Shown piece by piece: positions 1 to 9,311 of a stretch of 64,000 nt of DNA. The DNA is from Formosimonas sp. (lineage in GTDB: Bacteria > Pseudomonadota > Gammaproteobacteria > Burkholderiales > Burkholderiaceae). Every line of letters begins with the position of its first letter. The first letter of the stretch is position 1. The notes below the pieces were generated by a model that worked only from the letters and a program-made list of their open reading frames with translations, searched no databases and was not told the origin of the DNA. Both the position numbers and the translations under genes were made by a program. Location: NCBI GenBank assembly GCA_051650085.1, contig JBOFII010000021.1, positions 54,856-118,855 on the forward strand, written 5' to 3'.

Positions 1-1
1 G

Positions 2-499
2 TTGAGCGCGTTAAACCTCAACAACGCGCTCATCGCGCAAAGTGAGCAAGATGCGCTGGATTTTTGGCATTTGCGCGAATGGTTGTCGGCGGCGCAAAAA
101 AAGGTCGGCAAAAACATCAAACACGACATCAGTTTGCCGATTGGCCGTTTGGTTACATTCAATCACGCTGCTCAAGCCGCGCTGGAGCAGCGTTTTGCGG
201 GCATCCAGCCGATGGTTTTTGGGCATGTCGGCGACGGTAATTTACATTTTAATGTGTCGATGGGGCAAGCATTTACCAGCGCGGATGAACTCATGCGCCA
301 TGAAGGCGAAATCAACGCGATTGTCTATGAACAGGTATTGGCGCATGACGGCAGTATTTCAGCCGAGCACGGCATTGGGTTGCTCAAACGCGACTTAATG
401 AGCCAAATTAAATCACCCGTTGAACTCAACCTCATGCGCGGCATCAAGCAACAACTCGACCCGCTCAACCTCATGAATCCACACAAAATTTTGCCATGA
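2..499 (+). CDS. FAD-linked oxidase, C-terminal part (GlcD / D-2-hydroxyacid dehydrogenase family). The 5' end lies outside the window.
   Basis: The ORF is open to the window edge. Motifs VFGHVGDGNLHFNV and ISAEHGIGLLKRD are typical of the FAD-oxidase C-terminal domain. The stop overlaps the prmC start (ATGA). Confidence 0.75.
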   Translation: MSALNLNNALIAQSEQDALDFWHLREWLSAAQKKVGKNIKHDISLPIGRLVTFNHAAQAALEQRFAGIQPMVFGHVGDGNLHFNVSMGQAFTSADELMRHEGEINAIVYEQVLAHDGSISAEHGIGLLKRDLMSQIKSPVELNLMRGIKQQLDPLNLMNPHKILP

Positions 500-1302
500 G
501 CACCATTCAAGTCGCTTTGCACTCCAGCCCGCTGCCCGCACTTGAAGCGCGTATGCTCATGCAGTATGTCACTCAATTGTCACGCACAGGGTTGATTAGT
601 CATGCTTATGATGAACTGACTGTGACCCAATTGGCGCAGCTAACGACATTAACCCAGCGCCGCTTAGCGGGCGAGCCAATGGCTTACATCATTGGTTCAC
701 GTGAGTTTTATGGGCGTGAGTTTATCGTGACCCCAGATGTGCTGATTCCACGTCCCGACACCGAAACGCTGATTGATACTTTGCTCGATTTATACGATGG
801 GCAAAACTGGCATGTGCTGGATTTGGGGACAGGTTCAGGGGCGATTGCGATTACGCTGGCTTTAGAATGCCCCAACTGGCAGGTTTGCGCTGCTGATATT
901 TCCACCGCTGCACTAACCGTGGCACAGCGCAATGCCACACAATTGGCGGCGACGGTGCAATTTGAGGCCAGTGACTGGTTGAGCGCGTTTACAGGGCAAA
1001 AATTTGACTTGATTGTCAGCAATCCGCCCTATATTGATGTCAACGATGACCATTTAAACCAAGGCGATTTACGCTTTGAACCGCGCATTGCCCTAACCGA
1101 CCAGCAAAATGGCTTGACGAATTACATCCACTTGATAGATACTGTCCCCGATTATTTAAACAACACAGGGCAGCTGTGGTTTGAGCACGGGTACGATCAA
1201 GCCGAACCCATCAGCAGCCTCATGAGACAAAAAGGCTACCACAACGTGCGCACCGTCATTGACTTAGGCGGCAACCCGCGCGTGACAGGTGGTCATTTAT
1301 AG
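496..1302 (+). CDS. prmC: Peptide chain release factor N5-glutamine methyltransferase (PrmC/HemK)
   Basis: 268 aa. SAM-binding motif LDLGTGSGAI and catalytic VSNPPYI (NPPY) motif. Confidence 0.9.
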   Translation: MSTIQVALHSSPLPALEARMLMQYVTQLSRTGLISHAYDELTVTQLAQLTTLTQRRLAGEPMAYIIGSREFYGREFIVTPDVLIPRPDTETLIDTLLDLYDGQNWHVLDLGTGSGAIAITLALECPNWQVCAADISTAALTVAQRNATQLAATVQFEASDWLSAFTGQKFDLIVSNPPYIDVNDDHLNQGDLRFEPRIALTDQQNGLTNYIHLIDTVPDYLNNTGQLWFEHGYDQAEPISSLMRQKGYHNVRTVIDLGGNPRVTGGHL

Positions 1303-1311
1303 GCGAGACCC

Positions 1312-1962
1312 ATGGCACGATTGCCCCGTTTGTATTTGCCCAATACCGCACAACTCGTGATGGTACGCGGCATCAACTCTGCCCCTGTTTTTTTAAGCGA
1401 CGTCGATTACCAACAATGGCACAACATACTGCGCAGTATTGTCCCCAATTATGCCGTCGCCATTCATGCATATGCGTTACTGGAGGACAGCCTGTACTTA
1501 TTGGTCAGTGCCGACGAGCCTGCCGCGCTGGGCAAATTGATGCAGGACTTGGGACGTCGCTATGTCCGTTACTTTAATCAACTGCATGGCCGAACAGGCA
1601 CATTATGGGAGGGCCGCTACCGCACCGCTTACTTGCAAGATGCTTATATTTTGAGCGCTTATTTGTGGTTAGACAGCATGAGCCAACAATCCAGCCGCAA
1701 TCACCATGAAGGCATGCAAACCCTTGGGTTCATCACCGAGCACCCGCAATATTGGGCTTTGGGCAACACGCCATTTGACCGCCAACATCAATATCGCCAA
1801 AGCATGCTCCATGGTCTCAATCCGCAAGTTGCAACCGAGCTTGCCCAAGCAGTCAAAACGGGCTGGGCTTTGGGCGATATTGCTTTTCTCAGCCACGCGG
1901 CGCGAATTGGCGGGCGACGCGTCACGCAAGCGGCGCGAGGACGACCTAAAAAAGCGTTATAA
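1312..1962 (+). CDS. IS200/RayT-like Y1-transposase-fold protein with a degenerate HUH motif, probably a domesticated or inactive derivative
   Basis: 216 aa. It aligns by eye to the COG1943/Y1_Tnp pattern (LP..Y.........R..........D, WEGRYR, AYLWLDS). The position where the family has HvH reads SLY (LLEDSLYLLV). Confidence 0.65.
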   Translation: MARLPRLYLPNTAQLVMVRGINSAPVFLSDVDYQQWHNILRSIVPNYAVAIHAYALLEDSLYLLVSADEPAALGKLMQDLGRRYVRYFNQLHGRTGTLWEGRYRTAYLQDAYILSAYLWLDSMSQQSSRNHHEGMQTLGFITEHPQYWALGNTPFDRQHQYRQSMLHGLNPQVATELAQAVKTGWALGDIAFLSHAARIGGRRVTQAARGRPKKAL

Positions 1963-1994
1963 AGCACGCAATTGATTTTATTCCCAACGAAATA

Positions 1995-2003
1995 TGCTAT
2001 AAT
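1995..2003 (+). promoter_or_regulatory. Candidate extended -10 promoter element (TGcTATAAT) upstream of rpoD
   Basis: tgctataat lies 43 nt upstream of the rpoD ATG. I see no convincing -35 element. Confidence 0.3.
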
Positions 2004-2045
2004 CCGCGCCTACCCCAAATAGATGGTTTCTAAAAGGCGCGTCCA

Positions 2046-4190
2046 ATGAGTTCTAGCAAAAACAGCACAACTATTGATAAAAGCACCCAAAAACCATCTG
2101 CGACAGAGAAAAAAAGTATGACCGCAAAAAAAGCAACGCCAACGCCCAAAGCCGCAACCAAAACAGTTGCCGACAAAAAATCAACCAAAATCAAAGCCAA
2201 ACCCATTGAACTGGAAGACGATTTAGATGTTGAAAACGACTTGCTGGACGACAGCGAATTGCTTGACACCGAAGAAATTCCCGAAATTCAAATCATTCCC
2301 GCCAAAGGCGACAAGGCCAAAGCACGTAAAAGCAAAGAGCAAGCTGCCGAGCAAAATGCCGCTGCGCTTGAAACCAAGCGTGCGCAAATGCGCAATTTGA
2401 TTAAACTGGGTAAAGACAAAGGTTACTTGACCCACGCCGAAATCAACGACAGCCTGCCCGACGACATGGTCGAAGGCGACGCGCTGGACGCCATGATTTC
2501 AGCCTTCACCGACATGGGGATTCAGGTTTACGAGCAAGCCCCCGATGCCGAAACCTTGTTGATGGCCGACAACGTGCCTACTGCCTCGAATGACGACGAC
2601 ACCGAAGAAGAAGCCGAAGCCGCACTGTCAACAGTCGACTCCGAATTTGGCCGCACCACCGACCCTGTGCGTATGTACATGCGTGAAATGGGCACGGTTG
2701 AGCTATTGACCAAAGTACAAGAAATCGAAATTGCCAAACGCATCGAAGAAGGCCAACGCGAAATGATGGCCGCGATTTCTGCCTGCCCATCGACCATTCA
2801 GCAAATCCGCGAACTGGTCGAGAAAATCCGCGCTGACGAGTTGTCTGTGAGTGATGTCGTGGATGGCTTTGTTGGCGTTGAAGAAGCGTTTGACAGCACT
2901 GACGAAGAGCTGGATGTTGATGCCGACGAAGAAGATGTTGAAGCCGCCAGCAATGCCGCTTCAGCCAAACAATTGCTCGCACTCAAAACCCAATCCCTTG
3001 AAAAATTCAGCGTTATCGAAAAAAACTTTGACAAAATGCGTGTTGCCTTTGGCAAAGATGGCTACTTGTCTGCAGCTTACAATAAAGCCCAAGAAGCCAT
3101 TACCAACGAGCTGATGAGCATCCGCTTCACCGCCCGAACAGTCGATAAACTGTGTGACAGCTTGCGCAACCAAGTTGAGTCTGTTCGCAAAATCGAAAAC
3201 CGCATTCGCACACTGTGCGTAGACCGCATCGGCATGGACGCACAGTTTTTCATCACCAATTTCCCTGGTCATGAAACCAATCTTGAATGGGCCACTGCCT
3301 TATTGGCAGGTAAACACAGCTTTAATCCTTTGCTGTCACGCAACGTCCCTGCACTGAACGAGTTACAAAACCAACTCATCGAACTGCAGAATCACGTGGT
3401 TTTGCCGTTGAGCGACTTGAAAAACATCAACCGCCAAATGATTGCAGGCGAAACCAAAACCCGCAGTGCCAAAAAAGAAATGGCTGAGGCCAACTTGCGT
3501 CTTGTGATTTCGATTGCCAAACGCTACACCAACCGTGGTTTGCAATTCCTTGATTTGATTCAAGAAGGCAACATTGGCTTGATGAAAGCGGTCGACAAAT
3601 TCGAATACCGTCGTGGCTATAAATTTTCAACCTACGCCACGTGGTGGATTCGCCAAGCGATTACCCGCTCCATCGCCGACCAAGCCCGCACCATTCGCAT
3701 TCCTGTGCACATGATTGAAACCATCAACAAAATGAATCGCATTTCACGCCAGATTTTGCAAGAAACTGGCTCTGAGCCTGATGCCGCAGTTTTGGCCGAA
3801 AAGATGGAAATGCCAGAGCACAAAATCCGCAAAATCATGAAAATCGCGCGTGAGCCGATTTCGATGGAAACGCCAATTGGCGATGACGAAGATTCACATT
3901 TAGGTGATTTCATTGAAGACGGCAACACCATGACTCCTGCCGAATCTGCATTGCATACAGGCATGCAAGACATCGTTAAAGATGTTTTGGACTCTCTCAC
4001 CCCACGTGAAGCCAAGGTTTTGCGCATGCGTTTTGGGATTGAAATGACCACCGACCACACGCTAGAAGAAGTCGGCAAACAATTTGACGTCACGCGCGAG
4101 CGCATCCGCCAAATCGAAGCCAAGGCCTTGCGCAAACTGCGCCACCCTTCTCGCTCCGAAAAGCTCAAGAGTTTCCTCGAAAACTCTTAA
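2046..4190 (+). CDS. rpoD: RNA polymerase primary sigma factor RpoD (sigma-70) with a long Lys-rich/acidic N-terminal extension
   Basis: 714 aa. Region 2 ([32 protein letters not shown]) and region 4 ([30 protein letters not shown]) are unmistakable. Confidence 0.97.
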   Translation: MSSSKNSTTIDKSTQKPSATEKKSMTAKKATPTPKAATKTVADKKSTKIKAKPIELEDDLDVENDLLDDSELLDTEEIPEIQIIPAKGDKAKARKSKEQAAEQNAAALETKRAQMRNLIKLGKDKGYLTHAEINDSLPDDMVEGDALDAMISAFTDMGIQVYEQAPDAETLLMADNVPTASNDDDTEEEAEAALSTVDSEFGRTTDPVRMYMREMGTVELLTKVQEIEIAKRIEEGQREMMAAISACPSTIQQIRELVEKIRADELSVSDVVDGFVGVEEAFDSTDEELDVDADEEDVEAASNAASAKQLLALKTQSLEKFSVIEKNFDKMRVAFGKDGYLSAAYNKAQEAITNELMSIRFTARTVDKLCDSLRNQVESVRKIENRIRTLCVDRIGMDAQFFITNFPGHETNLEWATALLAGKHSFNPLLSRNVPALNELQNQLIELQNHVVLPLSDLKNINRQMIAGETKTRSAKKEMAEANLRLVISIAKRYTNRGLQFLDLIQEGNIGLMKAVDKFEYRRGYKFSTYATWWIRQAITRSIADQARTIRIPVHMIETINKMNRISRQILQETGSEPDAAVLAEKMEMPEHKIRKIMKIAREPISMETPIGDDEDSHLGDFIEDGNTMTPAESALHTGMQDIVKDVLDSLTPREAKVLRMRFGIEMTTDHTLEEVGKQFDVTRERIRQIEAKALRKLRHPSRSEKLKSFLENS

Positions 4191-4198
4191 CCCTTTAC

Positions 4199-4275
4199 GG
4201 GCCGTTAGCTCAGTTGGTTAGAGCAGAGGACTCATAATCCTTTGGTCGGCGGTTCAAGTCCGCCACGGCCTACCA
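4199..4275 (+). tRNA. tRNA with a CAU anticodon, more likely tRNA-Ile2 (lysidine-modified) than elongator tRNA-Met
   Basis: A 77-nt cloverleaf. The acceptor gggccgt pairs with acggcct, followed by A and an encoded CCA. The anticodon loop is cTCATAa and the T arm is ggcgg-ttcaagt-ccgcc. C4:G69 and C5:G68, the TGGTC variable loop and the TTCAAGT T loop match my recollection of E. coli tRNA-Ile2 better than tRNA-Met. Confidence 0.9.
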
Positions 4276-4282
4276 ATAAAAT

Positions 4283-4315
4283 AGCGGCACTCCAAGTGAG
4301 TAGCCGCTTTTTTTA
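4283..4315 (+). terminator. Rho-independent terminator after the rpoD-tRNA unit
   Basis: An agcggc ... gccgct stem followed by a T7 run (tttttttatttttt). Confidence 0.7.
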
Positions 4316-4609
4316 TTTTTTGTTTATTGGCATTTTTAATTATGCCCGCCAGTAAATAACAAACCTCATAATTCATCCACTTGTTTGCAAGCAGCATCTA
4401 TTTTTAGATGTTGTTCCATATTTTGCGACTATTCAATCCCCAGCCTTGACTCTAAGCGCAAAGCCATTAAGAGCGATATGGCCGCCCACTCATTCAAAAT
4501 GCGTGACAAGGCCGCGGATAACGCTTTTGTTTAAAGCAGGCAATGGGCTGTTGCTTGCTCATTTTTCGCACGCCAATCAGTTACGCGCCGCGCTTCATCA
4601 AGTAGTTTT

Positions 4610-5293
4610 TCACACCGTCGCCACTGCCAAGCGCACCGCAAACCCGACAAACATCAACCCAACCGTTGCCGTGCCCGCAACCATCCAAACAGGGCGGGCG
4701 CGAAAGGCACTGGCAAGGCGTGCGCCTGCAAAAATCAGTGCGCTCAAATATATAAAACTGAACAATTGCAAAATCAAGCCCAAAATCAAAAACGCGACGT
4801 ACGGATGTTCGGCTTCAGGCGAGACAAATTGCAAAAAAAACGACAACACGAACAAAATCGCTTTGGGGTTGACAAGGCTCACCAGCAAGGCTTTTTTGAA
4901 CGGATGCAAGCCTTCGGGCGTAGTGAGGCTTGACGCTTCGGTTAAATCGAGTTGGCTGGCCGCTGCCACGGTCAACTGCGCACGGTTGCGCCAAATGCGC
5001 CACGCGCCTGTGAGCATTTGCAGGCCAAGGTAACCCAGATACAACGCGCCTGTGACTTTGAGGGCGACAAACACACTCGGCGCATTTTGCAACACCGTCG
5101 CTGCGCCAATCACCGCCAAGACCATGATGATGGTGTCGCCGACAAACACGCCGCACGCACCTGCATAACCACGGCGCACGCCTTGCTGGGCGGCGGTGGT
5201 CAAAACATACATTGAGTTGGGGCCTGGCAATAAAATAATCGCAATCGTGCCAATAACGTAAGCGGTGAGGTCGGTGATGCCCAAAAAGCCCAT
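4610..5293 (-). CDS. LysE/RhtB-family amino-acid exporter (LeuE/YeaS-like)
   Basis: 227 aa and polytopic. The N-terminus, ...VIGTIAIILLPGPNSMYVLTTAAQQGVRRGY, is characteristic of the LysE superfamily. Confidence 0.85.
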   Translation of the reverse strand: MGFLGITDLTAYVIGTIAIILLPGPNSMYVLTTAAQQGVRRGYAGACGVFVGDTIIMVLAVIGAATVLQNAPSVFVALKVTGALYLGYLGLQMLTGAWRIWRNRAQLTVAAASQLDLTEASSLTTPEGLHPFKKALLVSLVNPKAILFVLSFFLQFVSPEAEHPYVAFLILGLILQLFSFIYLSALIFAGARLASAFRARPVWMVAGTATVGLMFVGFAVRLAVATV

Positions 5294-5295
5294 AT

Positions 5296-5625
5296 TTAAG
5301 CCTTTGCGGTGAACGAATACGCACGTTCGACTTTAGCGACGCGCGTGATGTAATGCTCATACCATTTTTCGCGCCCTGTTTCTTGCGCAATCACGTGCTC
5401 GGCCTGCGCTTTCCACGCGGCGATGTGCGCTTCGGTTTGCCAATATGATACTGTAATACCAAACCCATCCTCGCCACGCACACTTTCGGCACCCAAAAAA
5501 CCTCCCTGCTGTTGCGCCAATTCGACCATGCGCTCGCCCATGGCATCGTAGCCTTGGTCACCTGCGGTGCGCTGGCTTGTGAAAATAACCGCGTAGTACG
5601 GTGGCTGAGGTGTGTTGGCAAACAT
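5296..5625 (-). CDS. Antibiotic-biosynthesis-monooxygenase (ABM) domain protein
   Basis: About 109 aa with the ferredoxin-like ABM pattern (YYAVIFTSQR ... GFLGAESVR ... ITVSYWQTEAHIAAWK). The chosen ATG overlaps the carA stop as TAATG. An alternative start at 5637 (MCEIM) is possible. Confidence 0.75.
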   Translation of the reverse strand: MFANTPQPPYYAVIFTSQRTAGDQGYDAMGERMVELAQQQGGFLGAESVRGEDGFGITVSYWQTEAHIAAWKAQAEHVIAQETGREKWYEHYITRVAKVERAYSFTAKA

Positions 5626-6767
5626 TATTTCGCACACTCCATGAGGTCAATAAAACGGTCAAACAAATACGCAATGTCATTCGGACCGGGTGAGGCTTCG
5701 GGGTGGCCCTGAAAACTAAACGCGGGTTTGTCGGTAAACGCCAAGCCTTGCAAACTGCCATCAAACAGCGATACATGCGTGGCGCGGACGTTGGCGGGCA
5801 GCGTGGTTTCATCGGCGGCAAAGCCGTGGTTTTGCGAGGTAATCACCACGCGGCCTGTGTCTAAATCTTTGACAGGATGGTTCGCACCGTGGTGGCCAAA
5901 CTTCATTTTGAGGGTTTGCGCACCTGCGGCAAGTGCCATGATTTGATGACCCAAGCAAATACCAAACGTCGGCACATTTTGCGCCAAAAACTCGCGCGTC
6001 GCGGCAATCGCGTAGTCGCACGGCTGTGGGTCGCCTGGCCCATTGGACAAAAACACGCCGTCAGGATTCATCGCCAACACGTCCGCAGCGGACGTTTGCG
6101 CGGGCACAACGGTAATGTCGCAGCCGCGCGAAGCGAGCATGCGCAAAATATTGTGTTTCACACCAAAATCATACGCCACCACTTTAAAACGCGGATTTTG
6201 CGCGGTGGCGTAGCCTGCGCCCAAAGCCCATTCGCTTTGATTCCATGCGTAAGTTTGTTTTGTCGTGACGACTTTAGCCAAGTCCAAGCCGCTCATCCCA
6301 CCAAAACTGGCGGCCAATGCCTGCGCTTGCGCCATATCGTCGCCGACCAAAATACAACCGCCCTGCGCACCCGTTTCACGCAGCACGCGGGTGAGTTCGC
6401 GCGTGTCCACACCCGCAATCGCCACGACATTGTTGGCTTGCAAGTATTCAGGCAATGACTGCTGTGCGCGGAAATTGCTCACGGTTTGTGATAAATCACG
6501 AATGATTAAGCCCGCGGCGTAAACTTTATCGGCCTCGACGTCTTCAGAGTTGACGCCGACATTACCGATGTGCGGATACGTCAACGTGACCATTTGCGCG
6601 GTGTACGATGGGTCGGTCAAAATTTCTTGATAGCCCGTCATGGCGGTGTTAAACACCACTTCGGCGACAACCTGCCCTGCCGCGCCAATACTGTAGCCCT
6701 GAAAAACCGTGCCATCGGCCAAGGCCAAAATCGCGGGGGAAAATTGATTTGAAAAAATCGGTAACAT
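5625..6767 (-). CDS. carA: Carbamoyl-phosphate synthase small (glutamine amidotransferase) subunit
   Basis: 380 aa from the ATG at 6767, which is preceded by GGAG. It has the class I GATase motif [10 protein letters not shown] and HHGANHPV. The ORF-track N-terminal extension (to 6824) was rejected. Confidence 0.95.
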   Translation of the reverse strand: MLPIFSNQFSPAILALADGTVFQGYSIGAAGQVVAEVVFNTAMTGYQEILTDPSYTAQMVTLTYPHIGNVGVNSEDVEADKVYAAGLIIRDLSQTVSNFRAQQSLPEYLQANNVVAIAGVDTRELTRVLRETGAQGGCILVGDDMAQAQALAASFGGMSGLDLAKVVTTKQTYAWNQSEWALGAGYATAQNPRFKVVAYDFGVKHNILRMLASRGCDITVVPAQTSAADVLAMNPDGVFLSNGPGDPQPCDYAIAATREFLAQNVPTFGICLGHQIMALAAGAQTLKMKFGHHGANHPVKDLDTGRVVITSQNHGFAADETTLPANVRATHVSLFDGSLQGLAFTDKPAFSFQGHPEASPGPNDIAYLFDRFIDLMECAK

Positions 6768-6994
6768 GATTGAACTCCATCTGGATCGCCTCACTGAACC
6801 TAAAAAAAACCGCCCCAGCATCAATTATTATTGCGCGGAGCGGTTTTTCTTACGGAGTCAAGTTTAGCGTGGCCTGCATATATATTTTCGTTGAGTTTGC
6901 GGTTAAAGCAAAGTTTTATCATTTAACCGTGCCATTTTATCAGAAAAAGCACTTATAATTGAGCGGATTTTCAACACCTAACAATAGAGGGCAT

Positions 6995-7942
6995 ATGAAT
7001 ACTTTAGAGCAACTCAAGCAATACACCACCGTCGTCGCTGATACGGGCGACTTCGCAGCAATGGCGCAATTTTTGCCGCAAGATGCAACCACCAACCCGT
7101 CGTTGATTCTCAAGGCCGTGCAAAAGCCTGAATATCAGCCTTTGTTTGCCGCTGCGGTCAAAGCCAATGCACATGAGTCAACCAGCGACATCATGGATCA
7201 CGTTTTGGTGGCGTTTGGCTTAGAAATCTTAAAAATCGTTCCAGGTCGCGTCTCAACCGAAGTCGATGCACGGTTGTCGTTTGATACCGAAGCGTCGTTG
7301 GTCAAAGCACGCCGCATCATTAAGTTGTATGAAGCGCAAGGCATCGACAAAAACCGCATTTTGATTAAACTGGCCTCAACTTGGGAAGGCATTAAAGCGG
7401 CTGAAGTGCTCGAAAAAGAAGGCATTCACACCAATTTGACCCTGATGTTTAGTTTGGCGCAAGCCTTGGCGTGCTCTGACGCGGGCGTGACGCTGATTTC
7501 ACCGTTTGTGGGTCGCATTTACGACTGGTACAAAAAACAAACAGGCGTTGAATACGATGCGGTCAAAGACAAAAACGACCCAGGTGTTGAATCAGTTGAA
7601 ACCATTTACAATTACTACAAAAAATTCGGCATCAAAACCGAAGTCATGGGCGCGAGTTTCCGCAATGTCGGCCAAATCATTGCCCTTGCAGGCTGTGATT
7701 TATTGACCATCAGCCCTGATTTGTTGGCCAAACTACAAGAGATGAACGAGCCATTAACCCCTGCGTTGAATGCAAAGGCCGCACAACAGTCCGACGCAGT
7801 CGAGTTAAAACTTACTGAAGCCTCATTCCGTTTGGCGTTGAATAACGAAGCCATGGCGATTGAAAAACTTTCTGAAGGCATTCGTTTGTTCTGCATCGAC
7901 ACCGAAAAATTCGCCACCTTAATCGAGCAAGCACGCGCTTAA
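6995..7942 (+). CDS. tal: Transaldolase B
   Basis: [20 protein letters not shown]...DATTNPSL...[12 protein letters not shown]. The ATG at 6995 follows AGAGGG. Confidence 0.93.
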   Translation: MNTLEQLKQYTTVVADTGDFAAMAQFLPQDATTNPSLILKAVQKPEYQPLFAAAVKANAHESTSDIMDHVLVAFGLEILKIVPGRVSTEVDARLSFDTEASLVKARRIIKLYEAQGIDKNRILIKLASTWEGIKAAEVLEKEGIHTNLTLMFSLAQALACSDAGVTLISPFVGRIYDWYKKQTGVEYDAVKDKNDPGVESVETIYNYYKKFGIKTEVMGASFRNVGQIIALAGCDLLTISPDLLAKLQEMNEPLTPALNAKAAQQSDAVELKLTEASFRLALNNEAMAIEKLSEGIRLFCIDTEKFATLIEQARA

Positions 7943-8032
7943 ATTAAAGGCGATTAAAAACAAAATGTTAGGCTCACATTGACAGATTTCACTCGAAAAA
8001 ATCCGTTCAATTTTGCTTCACATTTATCTGAA

Positions 8033-8058
8033 GAGCACCCAGCGGGGTGCTTTTTTTT
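8033..8058 (+). terminator. Rho-independent terminator after tal
   Basis: gcaccc-agcg-gggtgc stem-loop followed by T8. Confidence 0.75.
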
Positions 8059-8282
8059 CTGTTATGATTACGCATTCGCACGCTCATGAATTGGCAAAAA
8101 TTTAAAATTTAACCTTTAAAATCAACAGGTTAAATCAAACAAAAGCCCTTTACAGCACCACGGCCTTCTCATGAATCAGCACGATTGTTCAAGCCTCCAG
8201 CAGCCTTGGTGGGCGCGAAATTTTGTTTGCAGTTGGCACGTGCACTTTTGAACGAATTAATACACGCATTTAAGGGCTTTTT

Positions 8283-9302
8283 ATGTCCAATCAGTTACCT
8301 ATTGAACAACCTTCTTTCTTTTCGGATGAGTTTGATCCGAGCATTGAACCGATTTTGGCACACAACCCAGATCGTTTTGTTTTATTGCCCATTCAGCACC
8401 CCAATTTGTGGCAACAATACAAACGCCAAAAAGCCTGTTTTTGGACGGCGCAAGAAATTGACCTTGAACCCGATTTAGTCGATTGGCGCAAACTCACCGA
8501 TGGCGAACGGCACTTTATCAGCCACGTTTTGGCGTTTTTTGCCGCCTCAGATGGGATTGTCAACGAAAATTTGGCCGTCAACTTCATGAAAGAAGTGCAA
8601 ATTCCTGAAGCGCGTTGTTTTTACGGCTTTCAAGTGGCGATGGAAAACATCCACTCTGAAACCTACGCTTTGCTGATTGACACCTATATTCAAAACGAAG
8701 AAGAAAAAAATCGCCTGTTTCACGCGATTGACACCATTCCAGCGGTGACCAACAAAGCACAGTGGGCTTTGCGCTGGATTGACAACGGCAACTTTGCCGA
8801 GCGACTGGTGGCGTTTGCCGCGGTTGAAGGTATCTTTTTTAGCGGTAGTTTTTGTGCGTTGTATTGGCTCAAAAAGCGCGGCTTAATGCCAGGTTTAACC
8901 TTCAGCAACGAGCTTATCAGCCGTGACGAAGGTTTACATTGTGAATTTGCGTGCACTTTATACCGCATGCTCAAACAACGCTTGTCCACCGAAGCGGTGC
9001 AAACCATTATTCGCGATGCGGTCGCCATTGAAAAAGACTTTGTCTGCGACGCCCTGCCCGTCAATTTAATCGGCATGAATGCAGAACTCATGGCGCAATA
9101 CATTGAGTTTGTCGCGGATCATTGGCTGGTGGCTTTGGGTTACCCCAAAATTTACAACACCAAAAACCCATTTGACTTTATGGACATGATTTCACTCGAA
9201 GGCAAAACCAACTTCTTTGAAAAACGCGTCGGCGATTATCAAAAAGCAGGTGTTTTGGCCAGCAAAAGCGAGCAGGTATTTTCACTCGAAGAAGACTTTT
9301 AA
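8283..9302 (+). CDS. nrdB: Class Ia ribonucleotide reductase small subunit (R2), eukaryote-like subtype
   Basis: 339 aa. Long stretches match my recollection of human RRM2: [75 protein letters not shown], and a C-terminal F.L..DF tail. Confidence 0.93.
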   Translation: MSNQLPIEQPSFFSDEFDPSIEPILAHNPDRFVLLPIQHPNLWQQYKRQKACFWTAQEIDLEPDLVDWRKLTDGERHFISHVLAFFAASDGIVNENLAVNFMKEVQIPEARCFYGFQVAMENIHSETYALLIDTYIQNEEEKNRLFHAIDTIPAVTNKAQWALRWIDNGNFAERLVAFAAVEGIFFSGSFCALYWLKKRGLMPGLTFSNELISRDEGLHCEFACTLYRMLKQRLSTEAVQTIIRDAVAIEKDFVCDALPVNLIGMNAELMAQYIEFVADHWLVALGYPKIYNTKNPFDFMDMISLEGKTNFFEKRVGDYQKAGVLASKSEQVFSLEEDF

Positions 9303-9311
9303 GGAAAACAA

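Noticed and set aside
4276-4609. A genomic island integrated at the tRNA 3' end
   Set aside because: There is no integrase, no direct repeat of the tRNA 3' end in the window, and the next gene is an ordinary exporter only 330 bp away.
4446-5033. A 195-aa + strand ORF downstream of the tRNA
   Set aside because: It largely overlaps the LysE-family exporter gene on the opposite strand. It has a low-complexity, Arg/Ala-rich composition, no RBS and no recognisable motif.
8059-8282. An NrdR box upstream of nrdB
   Set aside because: No pair of acaC.AtATaT.gtgt-like boxes is visible. The only palindrome (gcacgtgcac, about 8236) does not resemble it.
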